Shown here: piece after piece, positions 30,874 to 40,122 of the stretch
Position numbering within the stretch: the first letter of the stretch is position 1
Layout: each line of letters opens with the position of its first letter
NCBI GenBank assembly: GCA_965207445.1
Contig: CBDBLX010000002.1
Location: 192,001 to 256,000, forward strand
DNA length: 64,000 bases
DNA from: Nitrosopumilus sp.
GTDB lineage: Archaea > Thermoproteota > Nitrososphaeria > Nitrososphaerales > Nitrosopumilaceae
Direction: 5' to 3'
The notes under the pieces: model-generated
Database searches by the model: none
The model's input: only the letters and a program-made list of their open reading frames with translations
What the model was told of the DNA's origin: nothing
Position numbers and translations under genes: made by a program

Positions 30874-31023
30874 ATGATGAAGTTTGATTCCATAAAGATG
30901 CAAGAACTAGTCAAGGTTATAGATCCTGACCCTGATGGTGGTGTGACGCTTGTGTTTCAAAATGATCAAACCTTAAAGATCACGATAACTGATAATGGTA
31001 CTCTGAGATCAGAGTTTGCCTAG
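30874..31023 (+). CDS. 49-aa hypothetical microprotein, paralog of the upstream one
   Basis: MMKFDSIKMQELVKVIDPDPDGGVTLVFQNDQTLKITITDNGTLRSEFA. Confidence 0.7.
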   Translation: MMKFDSIKMQELVKVIDPDPDGGVTLVFQNDQTLKITITDNGTLRSEFA

Positions 31024-31049
31024 TTTATGGTTTTATCGACAGTTATAAT

Positions 31050-31553
31050 TCAATTCTCTTTTGACATTTGCTCAAAATATACTATTGCATCTTCTTGCAC
31101 TGTAGACTGGATTGAGCCTGGTCTTTTGTTCCTTATCTCCCTTATCGCATCAACTGCTGTGTATCCTGCATACTTTATCAAATAACATGCCAAGACTGTC
31201 CCTGCTCTTCCCATACCTGCTGCACAGTGCACCATCACTTGATTCCCTGCTTTGATCTGCTCTTCAATGAAATCAGTTGCATTGTTTAATCGTTCATACT
31301 TTGGTGCTGTCAAGTCTGGTGTTGGGACATGCAGGTATTTTGTATCATATGCAGTAATCCATTCTGATGGGAGGGCATCTTCTGTCATTGTAACAATGGA
31401 TGTGACACCTTGTGATAGTATCCACTCAAACTCTTCTCTTGTCGTAGGTTTGCCTGACCCTGCAAGCTTGTCATCGATAACCCATGAAAAGTTAGTAGGT
31501 TTTTTAACTATATGGCCATGTACTTTTCTCCATATGTTTCCTGGCCTGCTCAT
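31050..31553 (-). CDS. Dual-specificity protein phosphatase
   Basis: HCAAGMGRAG (CX5R); RPGSIQ. Confidence 0.93.
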   Translation of the reverse strand: MSRPGNIWRKVHGHIVKKPTNFSWVIDDKLAGSGKPTTREEFEWILSQGVTSIVTMTEDALPSEWITAYDTKYLHVPTPDLTAPKYERLNNATDFIEEQIKAGNQVMVHCAAGMGRAGTVLACYLIKYAGYTAVDAIREIRNKRPGSIQSTVQEDAIVYFEQMSKEN

Positions 31554-31580
31554 AATTGGGTGCTATTTGGTCGTTCATTT

Positions 31581-32279
31581 TTACTTTTTGTTGTTGTTGT
31601 TGTTGTTATCTATGGCTAATGCTCTGACAGGTGAGCCGCTTGTGTCTTTGAGATTTAATGGGAGTGCCATAAAATCAAACTCAGTTGAGCGTATTTTTTG
31701 AAGATTTGCCAAGTTTTCTACTATTGGTATTCCTGCTTTTGTCAATATGAGATGAGCTGGAAACTTTGAATCTCTTCCTATATCGATGCTAGGTGAGTCT
31801 ATACCGATCACACGTGTATTTTTTGACACAAGATAATTTGCAGCTGATTTGGCAAGTCCAGGATTTTCTGTAAAGTAATCTTTTTTCCGCAAATGTTCTC
31901 TTTGCCATCCTGTATAAAATATGACTATATGTTGTTGTGGTATGTTGCATTTTCGTTCCTCCTCAAAAGATCTTATATCATCTTTGGTAATTGCATAATT
32001 GTTTATTTTCGTCTCTTTGTTATCTAATCTGATTAGCGTCGCAGGACCGATCAGTCGCTCTAGGGGAATTTGGTTTATCTTTTTTCCATTTTTAGTAAAG
32101 TGGTATGGCGCATCCATATGTGTTCCTGTATGCGTACTTGCAAAGAATAACTCTAGGTTGTAGCCATCTTGCTCAAGATCAGAGTATTTGATGAACTGTG
32201 AAGGCGGAGAGCCTGGAAATGTTGGCAGTGTCTTTGATATTGGTAGTGTGAGATCAAATAGTCGTCTTCTTTTTTGCAT
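31581..32279 (-). CDS. Cyclase / kynurenine formamidase family
   Basis: HTGTHMDAPYH, GIDSPSID, GSPVRA. Confidence 0.92.
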   Translation of the reverse strand: MQKRRRLFDLTLPISKTLPTFPGSPPSQFIKYSDLEQDGYNLELFFASTHTGTHMDAPYHFTKNGKKINQIPLERLIGPATLIRLDNKETKINNYAITKDDIRSFEEERKCNIPQQHIVIFYTGWQREHLRKKDYFTENPGLAKSAANYLVSKNTRVIGIDSPSIDIGRDSKFPAHLILTKAGIPIVENLANLQKIRSTEFDFMALPLNLKDTSGSPVRALAIDNNNNNNKK

Positions 32280-32373
32280 TATGTGGGGTTGCGCGTGGTC
32301 TGTTAAATGTCATGTGTACTGTAGTTTACTGCATAATTTGTCACCAATTAGTCAAATTACACAACGAACAAAT

Positions 32374-32458
32374 GTAGCCGTTCAGCCCCCCCGTGTACCT
32401 GCGCCAGACGTTAGGCGGTGAATTTGTGCCTAAATTTGGGAAGGGGTTGAACGGTTAC
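32374..32458. mobile_element. MITE family B (reverse orientation)
   Basis: GTAGCCGTTCAGCCCC...GGGGTTGAACGGTTAC; near reverse complement of 35211-35291. Confidence 0.9.
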
Positions 32459-32525
32459 TTTGCCAAATTACACAACAAACCACATGTCATGAAAAGTTAA
32501 ATATGCTTTACGCGTTATTAAAAAT

Positions 32526-32783
32526 GTGCCAACAGCATATGTTCTACTGAATTCTGATCTTGGATCAGACGAGTCAATAATTAACGAGGTAAAAGGAATA
32601 CTAGAATCTGAAAAGATGACATTTGAGGTGCAAGGGGTATATGGTGTGTATGATATTGTACTAAAACTTACCGCAGATGACCCTGAAGAGTTGCGTAGAG
32701 TAATTACAAACAAGGTAAGAAGGATAAACAAAGTCCAGTCAACTCTAACCATGATGGTAATAGAGGAACAAGAAGGTCTATAA
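32526..32783 (+). CDS. Lrp/AsnC ligand-binding domain protein
   Basis: AYVLLN, GVYGVYDIV, STLTM. Confidence 0.9.
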   Translation: MPTAYVLLNSDLGSDESIINEVKGILESEKMTFEVQGVYGVYDIVLKLTADDPEELRRVITNKVRRINKVQSTLTMMVIEEQEGL

Positions 32784-34025
32784 CAACTGCTTTAGTGTCC
32801 TGACTAACTCGTGTATCTGCGATTCGGTATTGTAAAAGTGAGGTGACGCGCGTACTATGTTTTGCTCTCCTGATTCACGTACAGCTAAAATTATGCCTCG
32901 TTTCTCTAAATAGTCGACTACATATTGTGGGCTTTTTTCTTTTATAGTAAAGGATGTAATACTTGTGCGCATATCAGAATCTGGATGCATGTGAATTGTA
33001 GCATTGGACATGTGTTCTAACTCATCTTGCAGTAGTTGTGAGAGATTTTTGTTCTTTGCTCGTATCTTTTCTAATCCAATCTTTTTGATGTATGCAAGTG
33101 ATGACTCGAGTCCAACTGCACCTACGTAGTTTCTAAAACCTGTCTGAAATTTACTTGGTGTATCTTTGAAATGCAATTCTTCTACATTATTATTATTATT
33201 ATTATTATCATCATTTTTTGATAATGTGGCAGACTCGCCTCCGATCATAACTGGACTCAACGCATCTTTTGCATCATCATTGCAGTAAAATATGCCGGTG
33301 CCCATCGGACCGCACAGCCACTTTGAGCCATTAAAAGACATGAAATCACATCCAATCTCAAATACACTACATGTGTGTGCATCTGTACACCCGATTGTCT
33401 GTGCAGCATCTACAAAAAAACTGCAATTATAATCACGTATTACATCATCTATTTTGGTTATTGGTATAATGGTACCTGTATTGTACAGAGCATGACTTAG
33501 TACGACTAGTCTGGTGCTTTGGTCCATGCTATTTCTTAACTCGTCTATATCAAAGAGACCTGTAGGGTCAATACTGAGGTTTTTAATCTGTATATTTTTT
33601 TTCTGTCTCTGATATAGCCATGGATAAAAATTTGCATGATGCTCGTGCTCCATACCTCTGATGATAATATTGCACCTTTCATGTAATGATTCTAGTCCGG
33701 TGGCAACCATGTTAATGCCATCTGTTGTACTCTGAGTCAAGGCTATTTCATTGGGTTTACAAGATATAATTTCAGAGATCATACTTCTGACATTTTGCAT
33801 TGTTTTTGTGACAAACTCATCTGCTTGCATTGAGTCTGGCCCAATCATGTTATATTTGAACAAAAAATCTGACATGGCTTTTATACTCGAATCTGGCATC
33901 AGTGAGACTGATGCATTGTTTAGGTAAATTTTGTTGTCTGCATATGAAAACTCTTCAAAATCATTTACTAGATTGTTGTGCTGTGGTTGTGGTTGTGGTT
34001 GTGGTGTTTTGGCATCGATACTCAT
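32778..34025 (-). CDS. Class V PLP enzyme (cysteine desulfurase-like)
   Basis: YLNNAS, VDAAQ, NGSKWLCGPMGTG, RASPHFYN. Confidence 0.9.
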   Translation of the reverse strand: MSIDAKTPQPQPQPQHNNLVNDFEEFSYADNKIYLNNASVSLMPDSSIKAMSDFLFKYNMIGPDSMQADEFVTKTMQNVRSMISEIISCKPNEIALTQSTTDGINMVATGLESLHERCNIIIRGMEHEHHANFYPWLYQRQKKNIQIKNLSIDPTGLFDIDELRNSMDQSTRLVVLSHALYNTGTIIPITKIDDVIRDYNCSFFVDAAQTIGCTDAHTCSVFEIGCDFMSFNGSKWLCGPMGTGIFYCNDDAKDALSPVMIGGESATLSKNDDNNNNNNNVEELHFKDTPSKFQTGFRNYVGAVGLESSLAYIKKIGLEKIRAKNKNLSQLLQDELEHMSNATIHMHPDSDMRTSITSFTIKEKSPQYVVDYLEKRGIILAVRESGEQNIVRASPHFYNTESQIHELVRTLKQLL

Positions 34026-34067
34026 TATTATATCTAGAATTACATATGATAATGATGGATAAAAACC

Positions 34068-34697
34068 ATGACTGACAATAAAATGATATCATATACGCCA
34101 CAATCATTTATGAGTCAACTCACCGCACCAATCAGTATAATATTATGTACTGATGCTATCAAAAAGACACGTCTGTTTGGGATGCTGTCGGACTTGGCAC
34201 CAAATCGTGTGTTATACCTTGATACTGATATGTTGTATACTGGTTGTGTATATGCGGGACTTTACAAAAACAAAGATCACACAACCATTCATTGTCCTGA
34301 CCAAGATACATGGCACCGTACCGTCACTGACATCATACATCAAGCGTCTATTACAAAGACTGTTGTTATAATCGACTCACTAAATGGTGTCTATGAGTTG
34401 TTTGGCAAATCTGACTCTGCAATGTCTGCTAATACTCATATCATGTCAATTGCATCCCTTGCAAGACAAGCAGGTTCTTCTGTTATAGTGGGCGCAATGA
34501 TACGAAGAAAAAATAGCCGTAAAACAAGTAATAACACCTCCCACAATCATACCAATAATGACAAAGACACTCTCAAGGTATTTGAAGAGTACGTTTTGCA
34601 TCCTAGTGGACGTCAAATACCAAAAATAACACCACATCATACTTTATTCTTAGAGGGCACACGACTACATCCGTTGATTACAAATGTTCTTGTGTAA
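34068..34697 (+). CDS. Hypothetical protein, degenerate RecA/P-loop-like fold
   Basis: VLYLDTD and VVIIDSL strands; no Walker A. Confidence 0.65.
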   Translation: MTDNKMISYTPQSFMSQLTAPISIILCTDAIKKTRLFGMLSDLAPNRVLYLDTDMLYTGCVYAGLYKNKDHTTIHCPDQDTWHRTVTDIIHQASITKTVVIIDSLNGVYELFGKSDSAMSANTHIMSIASLARQAGSSVIVGAMIRRKNSRKTSNNTSHNHTNNDKDTLKVFEEYVLHPSGRQIPKITPHHTLFLEGTRLHPLITNVLV

Positions 34698-34802
34698 TGC
34701 AATTAGTCGTGTATATAACACCGTTATAAAATGGCAAACGCCGTTATAGACCAATTATTTACAACAAGTCTTATTAGTAATGAATCGAGAATTAGAGTTA
34801 CA

Positions 34803-35102
34803 ATGCCAGTAGGAATTATTCCAGACATTAGCGAACAGATGTGTATAGGCTGTGCACTATGTGTAGAGATCTGTACATCCCTCGGACCTGATGTACTAAG
34901 AGTAAAACCCGTTGAAGGCTGGAAGAGAGGCAAGGCTTTTGTCTTTTATCCAGAGAGATGTATTTCTGATGGTGCATGCATTGGTGTATGCCCAACAAAA
35001 GCAATCTTTTGGATGCGACCGATGGACTTTACTGTCGGGCAGCCAGTTCCACTCTACAAGAATTCAGTCTTTGAGAAAGGTTGGACAGAACTGATCGATT
35101 AA
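34803..35102 (+). CDS. 4Fe-4S dicluster ferredoxin
   Basis: CIGCALCVEIC and CISDGACIGVCP. Confidence 0.93.
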   Translation: MPVGIIPDISEQMCIGCALCVEICTSLGPDVLRVKPVEGWKRGKAFVFYPERCISDGACIGVCPTKAIFWMRPMDFTVGQPVPLYKNSVFEKGWTELID

Positions 35103-35210
35103 ATCAGTTCTCTATATTTTTTCTTTTTCTTATAATTATTATTATTATTATTTGTGTAGTATGTACACTTTGATAACATTGTTTATCTAAACATTATTTT
35201 ACTTTTACAT

Positions 35211-35291
35211 GTAACCGTTCAACCCTTTCGCAAATTTAGGCACAAATTCACCGCCTAACGTCTGGCGCAGGTACAGGGGTTGAACGGTTAC
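35211..35291. mobile_element. MITE family B
   Basis: GTAACCGTTCAACCC...GGGTTGAACGGTTAC with perfect 9-bp TSD CTTTTACAT. Confidence 0.93.
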
Positions 35292-35306
35292 CTTTTACAT
35301 GTATAA

Positions 35307-36530
35307 TTATTTTCTGAGTTTAAATTTAGATGACCAACCTCTATTTTTTTTGTTACTATTGTCTGTAGAGTTTGATGATGATGATGGTTCGTGTTTGTCA
35401 TCTTCTACCTTGTCTGACTTTCGCATCTCGCCTACTGGCAGTCGCTGGAGCATCTCGTATGTTATGGTAAATCCTTTTCCGACCATTGTGGCATCTTTGG
35501 CATACTGTTCTTTGTTTGGTACCAAATCATCTGGCAAACTTCGTATACGTCTAGTCTTGAGATTAAAGAGGCGTATGACTTTGGAGTCCTCTAACTCTAC
35601 TTTGACATCTCCACTAAGCCCCTGTATGGAAAACTCTTCAAAGAATCTCATTGTACCGCCTTTTTTTAATTTGATTATACAATCATATGTGATCTTACCT
35701 CCATAAAACAATAATTCACGTGTTGATATTACTATATCTTCTTCTGCATTATATATGATTACTGTATCTGCGTTTAGTGATACTGTATTCTCAACATTTT
35801 CAACAATTATTTTTCCGTTTGGAGCTGAGATCTGCGTGCGTCGTTCACGAATTTTGTATACTCCTACTCTTCCTTCTATATCCTCTATTCTGTGCTTGCG
35901 GCCATACACATCTCCAATTACTACATTACCATTTTCAACTGTAAGGTGTGCTCCATTCTCTATCTTGTATTTATTCTCTAGTGGATCGACCATCTTAAAG
36001 TCACCGTGTGTGAGTCGTATGTGCGTTCGATACTCGTCTGCCATAGATGGACTGGTTATATTTCCCCTCATGATGATTGGGCCGTCATATGTTATACTAC
36101 CTGCCATAAAATTTCCTTTGATTAGTAATGCCCCATTTGCCTTTCGTTCAAGTTCGATCTCCCCTAATGTCTTTGATCCAAAGAGACGTGTTGCAGTTAT
36201 GTTTGCACGACATAATGCTGCTACCCACTCTTCGGCCGTTCTCATCTCTTTGTAGATCTGTTGTCCGAGTATCTGGTTTCTTCTCATAACGTCTGCATCT
36301 GTCTCATTTGCAAACACACGTGAGTTCTTCAGCCGTTCATCGTCTGTATCTGGATACTTTTTGCCCATCTTGAGGTCTTCGTATGCCTGCTTGATACGTA
36401 TGAACTGCTTGCCTTCTCCACCACGGTCTGAGTGTGACTGGAGCGCTAGCTGTCTAAATGCATCCCGTATCTGTTTTTCAGTAGAACCTTCGGGAATTCC
36501 AAGTATATCGTAATTTGACTCTATCACCAT
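35307..36530 (-). CDS. J-domain (DnaJ-like) protein with beta-rich C-terminus
   Basis: YDILGI...HSDRGG...FIRIKQAYE. Confidence 0.85.
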   Translation of the reverse strand: MVIESNYDILGIPEGSTEKQIRDAFRQLALQSHSDRGGEGKQFIRIKQAYEDLKMGKKYPDTDDERLKNSRVFANETDADVMRRNQILGQQIYKEMRTAEEWVAALCRANITATRLFGSKTLGEIELERKANGALLIKGNFMAGSITYDGPIIMRGNITSPSMADEYRTHIRLTHGDFKMVDPLENKYKIENGAHLTVENGNVVIGDVYGRKHRIEDIEGRVGVYKIRERRTQISAPNGKIIVENVENTVSLNADTVIIYNAEEDIVISTRELLFYGGKITYDCIIKLKKGGTMRFFEEFSIQGLSGDVKVELEDSKVIRLFNLKTRRIRSLPDDLVPNKEQYAKDATMVGKGFTITYEMLQRLPVGEMRKSDKVEDDKHEPSSSSNSTDNSNKKNRGWSSKFKLRK

Positions 36531-36899
36531 TTACAATATCAACAATTACTGTTTAGGGCTTTCATATTTGTGGTTTGTTTTAGATGATTTCTACCAATTA
36601 TCAAATTATAGCGATGTTCATAAATTCTGGTACAACTAAAAAATCATGCTAGGTAATTTTTAACAGACATCTTTGTATAGAAATACTCAGCAATTCAGAT
36701 TTGTCATATTTTTTAAAATATAGTGTCAAAAAATGTGGTATCGGGGCTTTATGATACACACGTGAGCTAACATGTGACGGGACATGCAAACATAGAGATG
36801 ATATGTGGTACTTTTAGCCTACACTATATTCACCTATTTTTGAATCAGCAGTGCTGGAATTTGCCTTTACAAATGGACACATGAGGCTTTTTGGCGGAC

Positions 36900-37200
36900 T
36901 GCACTTTCAAAATTTTGTAAATTCATTCAAATATGTGATTGTCAACAAACTCGTACACGGTATTTAGATGGGTAATTTTGTAAGCAGTATTCTGATTGCG
37001 TCATCAACTGCTCACTTGAGTATACTCATACCTCTTCTATCGGATTCAGATGCATGTCAAGTAGGGCCGAAAGATGATAATGCCATGTGTTCTAAAGAAA
37101 TTTTGTGCATTTTTAAAAGTGTGCCACGGCGCTTTGTCAAGCACCAATACCATTGCCCACAACCTTGTTGTAGACGTTCTCAATATGCTCTAAAAAAATA
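36900..37200 (-). pseudogene. IS630-family transposase remnant
   Basis: Frameshifted MVLVLDKAPWH and HLNPIEEV motifs; boundaries approximate. Confidence 0.65.
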
Positions 37201-37214
37201 TCCTCATGAGGAAG

Positions 37215-38432
37215 TCATTCAACGCCGGTTGTCCGGATGCCACAGTACTCCCAGCTGCCCGAGTAACGTATTACTTTATCCAGAAACTCGATCTGTCCAG
37301 GTCGTAGATCCCAGATCTTTGCTGTGTCAAATGTTATTATGTCTTGGTTTGAATCTGCCACATAATAGATGTAATTCACGTCATACGTCCTCGTGCTCAA
37401 GTTCTTGATTCTGCCCTCCACATTGACATACTGGGATGAACTTTGCTCGCACTTTATGATATCAATATCCAAAATGTTGTTTTCAGTGGACGTGTCCGGC
37501 GGGCTTGGATCGCTTACATCTTTGGTAACCCGTGCAGTGGCCGATTCGATCGTTATACCGCATTTACTCCACTCTTTATCGACACCAGGAACTTTGTTGT
37601 TGGTATGCGCGCTTGTACCAGGAGACAGGTTCCACAACTCTAACATCTGGGAGCTGTTGATTATGGTGCCGTTTTCTGTCATGATGTGGACTTGATACTG
37701 AACATTGGATTCCTGAGACCCTGTGTTCTCTATAACGGCGGGTACGTGAACCAAACCGCCGGTTTGGCTACATTCTTTGGTTGTGGCTTTGAACAAAGAG
37801 GTGTCTACGTCAACAAGTTCATAGTCGAATAATGATGGTTCGCGTGAAACACCTTCGGCCTGGGGCAGTATATCCGGCGTGCCTGTGGTGGGTGTATTGC
37901 TTGTTAAGCTGGATTGGTCGAACATATGATCCCGTGCAAGCACTACGAACAAAGATCCAAATCCATCTTCACCCTCACAAACATCTTCAAACTTGACTAT
38001 TTCATCTAGGTTTTTGTCTGATATATCTGTCAGTTGGGCCAGGCCTTTTTCGAATATATTCCTACTCTCTGTGGTATGACTAAATGTTCCAAGTGCGTTA
38101 TCATTCATGTAGGTAAGTGTGTACACCATTCCCATACCCAACAAAACTCGTTCAATACTGTCTGTGCATTCACTGGATGTCGCGGTCGTACTCGCGGGCG
38201 GAGCCTCTACAGATATGATGCCCTCGCTGATCAGGTACTCTATCGTGCCCGCGTACGCGTCATCATCTATCAGGCCGTCTGCCCAGAACCCGGCCACGTC
38301 CTTTACCCAATCCGGGATCGCAGTTTGCGCGTACGCGGTTTCCACCGCCGCCTGTCCCACCATAACAGCCGCAACCATCATGATCGTCACGGTTTGTCTG
38401 TTTTGCATCACCGATCCGTCAATGAGTGTCAA
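37215..38432 (-). CDS. Secreted protein with thaumarchaeal IPxWVK domain and two FxLYD-like Ig domains
   Basis: Signal peptide; IPDWVKDVAGFWADGLIDD; two repeats CxQ...IxN...L.PG...W..CGI. Confidence 0.75.
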   Translation of the reverse strand: MTLIDGSVMQNRQTVTIMMVAAVMVGQAAVETAYAQTAIPDWVKDVAGFWADGLIDDDAYAGTIEYLISEGIISVEAPPASTTATSSECTDSIERVLLGMGMVYTLTYMNDNALGTFSHTTESRNIFEKGLAQLTDISDKNLDEIVKFEDVCEGEDGFGSLFVVLARDHMFDQSSLTSNTPTTGTPDILPQAEGVSREPSLFDYELVDVDTSLFKATTKECSQTGGLVHVPAVIENTGSQESNVQYQVHIMTENGTIINSSQMLELWNLSPGTSAHTNNKVPGVDKEWSKCGITIESATARVTKDVSDPSPPDTSTENNILDIDIIKCEQSSSQYVNVEGRIKNLSTRTYDVNYIYYVADSNQDIITFDTAKIWDLRPGQIEFLDKVIRYSGSWEYCGIRTTGVE

Positions 38433-38497
38433 TAATAAATGATCTATGAAAGAACAGTAGGCGGAAATATGCCTCCTACGGGTGGCAGCCAGACGTA

Positions 38498-38519
38498 TGG
38501 ACGGGGGTCGAGTGGCTAC
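38498..38519. repeat. Solo degenerate family B end (cargo-type)
   Basis: TGGACGGGGGTCGAGTGGCTAC resembles the reverse complement of 2868-2890. Confidence 0.5.
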
Positions 38520-38543
38520 GTTTAGTCATGATCTTTTATCTTA

Positions 38544-38588
38544 TGTGTGCACTTCAAAAAAGTAAAACAGTTACACATTTGGAGGGGG
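38544..38588. repeat. Repeat family C, copy 1
   Basis: TGTGTGCACTTCAAAAAAGTAAAACAGTTACACATTTGGAGGGGG; similar to 42007-42050. Confidence 0.7.
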
Positions 38589-38975
38589 TGGGATATAACC
38601 TATGGCCTTTATAGTATCATTTATTATGTATGTATCTTTATCAGTTATAATATATGGTTTAGATTGATCACCTGCTGGCCCTGCAGTAGTTGACCTTGGT
38701 TCAGGGTCTGCATCTACTGGTTCAGGTTCAGTAGTTGGTTCATCTACTGGTTCAGGGTCTGGTTCATCTTGCGGCCCTGCAAGTGTTGTATACCCATTGT
38801 CTACAAGCCAAGATATTATATTCAAATAAGTTTCATCATCTATATCACCATTTGCCCAAAAACATGCTACTTCTTTAATCCAGTCTGGTATCTCTGCATA
38901 TGCAGTTCCTACAGTTGACAGACTTGTAATTATCATAATATTTGCAAAAATCGTTATTGTTTGTCTGCCTTTCAT
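38571..38975 (-). pseudogene. Truncated IPxWIK-domain surface protein with EP-rich linker
   Basis: Signal peptide, IPDWIKEVACFW, EPEPVD repeats; ends inside an Ig-like domain, with the stop supplied by repeat C. Confidence 0.65.
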
Positions 38976-39130
38976 TCCATGTGTGGAAATTTGGTACTTA
39001 TGACTTTGAAATAATAAAAAAATCTAGTACAGTAGCATTCTGTACTATGCAATTGTCAGTTAATCTTATTATACACATCTATCTTATTAATTTTATTACC
39101 CCTATATTAAACACAATTAATTAATACAAT

Positions 39131-39140
39131 TATTTAAATA
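39131..39140 (+). promoter_or_regulatory. Putative TATA box of the atypical tRNA
   Basis: TATTTAAATA 21-30 nt upstream of 39161; the region is AT-rich, so specificity is low. Confidence 0.4.
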
Positions 39141-39160
39141 TAATAATAGCTGGTAAATAT

Positions 39161-39233
39161 GGGCCAGTAGTATCATAGGCAATGCGTGTAATTGTCAGTT
39201 GTATGATCACGGGTTCAAATCCCGTCTGGTCCA
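39161..39233 (+). tRNA. Atypical tRNA-like gene: GTC (Asp) anticodon with G3:U70 and A73
   Basis: GGGCCAG/CTGGTCC-A; D stem GTAT/ATGC; anticodon arm TGTAA-TTGTCAG-TTGTA; T arm ACGGG-TTCAAAT-CCCGT; 73 nt. Confidence 0.75.
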
Positions 39234-39263
39234 CTCTATTTTGTCACTTCAGTAGTTCAAAAA

Positions 39264-39757
39264 GTGACGGTGTCACGAGACTTGGAGAAGAACGGACTCG
39301 TACAATTTGACATGTGGAACGAGGGTGAGTCTAGTTTCAACAGCAGACACAGGCTGCAGAGGTACGTGTTCTTGGCAAAGCGCTTTGGGCTTGACATGCA
39401 CTACGAGTATGACATGATGTGCTTGTACGGGCCCCCCCAGTCCAGAGCCTTGATGGGCGATTATCTCAAATACGCGGGAAACCACACGAGAAGCCCCGGA
39501 CGGCAGGATGATGACCGTCAGATCGTGATACGGCTTCCAGAGTCGTTTCGAAGTGGAGAGTTTCTGGACTTTGTCAGGAACAGGGACGACGATTGACTGT
39601 ACGTGGCCACTACTTTGATGGACCGCAGTGAAACTCTTCCTAACAGGAACGACTTGATCGAAAACGTCAAATGGACCACCCCCAGGTTTTCCATAGAGTA
39701 CATTGCAAACGTGCTGTATGAGCTGCAGGCCGCACATATGATAGACCTAAAACAATA
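39264..39757 (+). pseudogene. SocA/YwgA-like antitoxin-type remnant
   Basis: RLQRYVFLA...YEY...LYGP; an in-frame TGA at 39594-39596 is followed by LYVATTLMD. Confidence 0.5.
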
Positions 39758-39759
39758 AC

Positions 39760-40080
39760 ATGACTACAAATCTTCCGATAGTTCAGTCTTGTGTTTCATT
39801 CCTCGTCGTGGCAAAGTCGTAGATCATAGCCACAAATTCCCTTGTTTTTCAGCAATGTATTATCCGGCGTGAACAGGAATTTGGAGTAGGGATCGGCCAA
39901 GGCAAGGGCCAACAGCTCCGCGTCAACGCCCACCACCCTATTATCCACGTGTGTCAGCTCGGCTGCTATTTGGACGGATCTGTTTGATGGCGGCGCTGCA
40001 TGTTGGCGTCATTCCATAGTACTTTTTCATCAGGGACGCAAACTTTTCCAGCAGTCGATCCGGCCGCGTCCTGTCGCCGC
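39760..40080 (-). pseudogene. Possible PIN-domain remnant
   Basis: Fragment DAELLALALADPYSKFLFTPDNTLL resembles a PIN C-terminus; frameshifted. Confidence 0.4.
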
Positions 40081-40122
40081 ATTATATAATAATTATAATA
40101 GTAATAGTAATAATAATATGAA

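Noticed and set aside
37211..37226. Possible left family B end (GAAGTCATTCAACGCC) pairing with 38519
   Set aside because: Only 11/16 identity and no target duplication.
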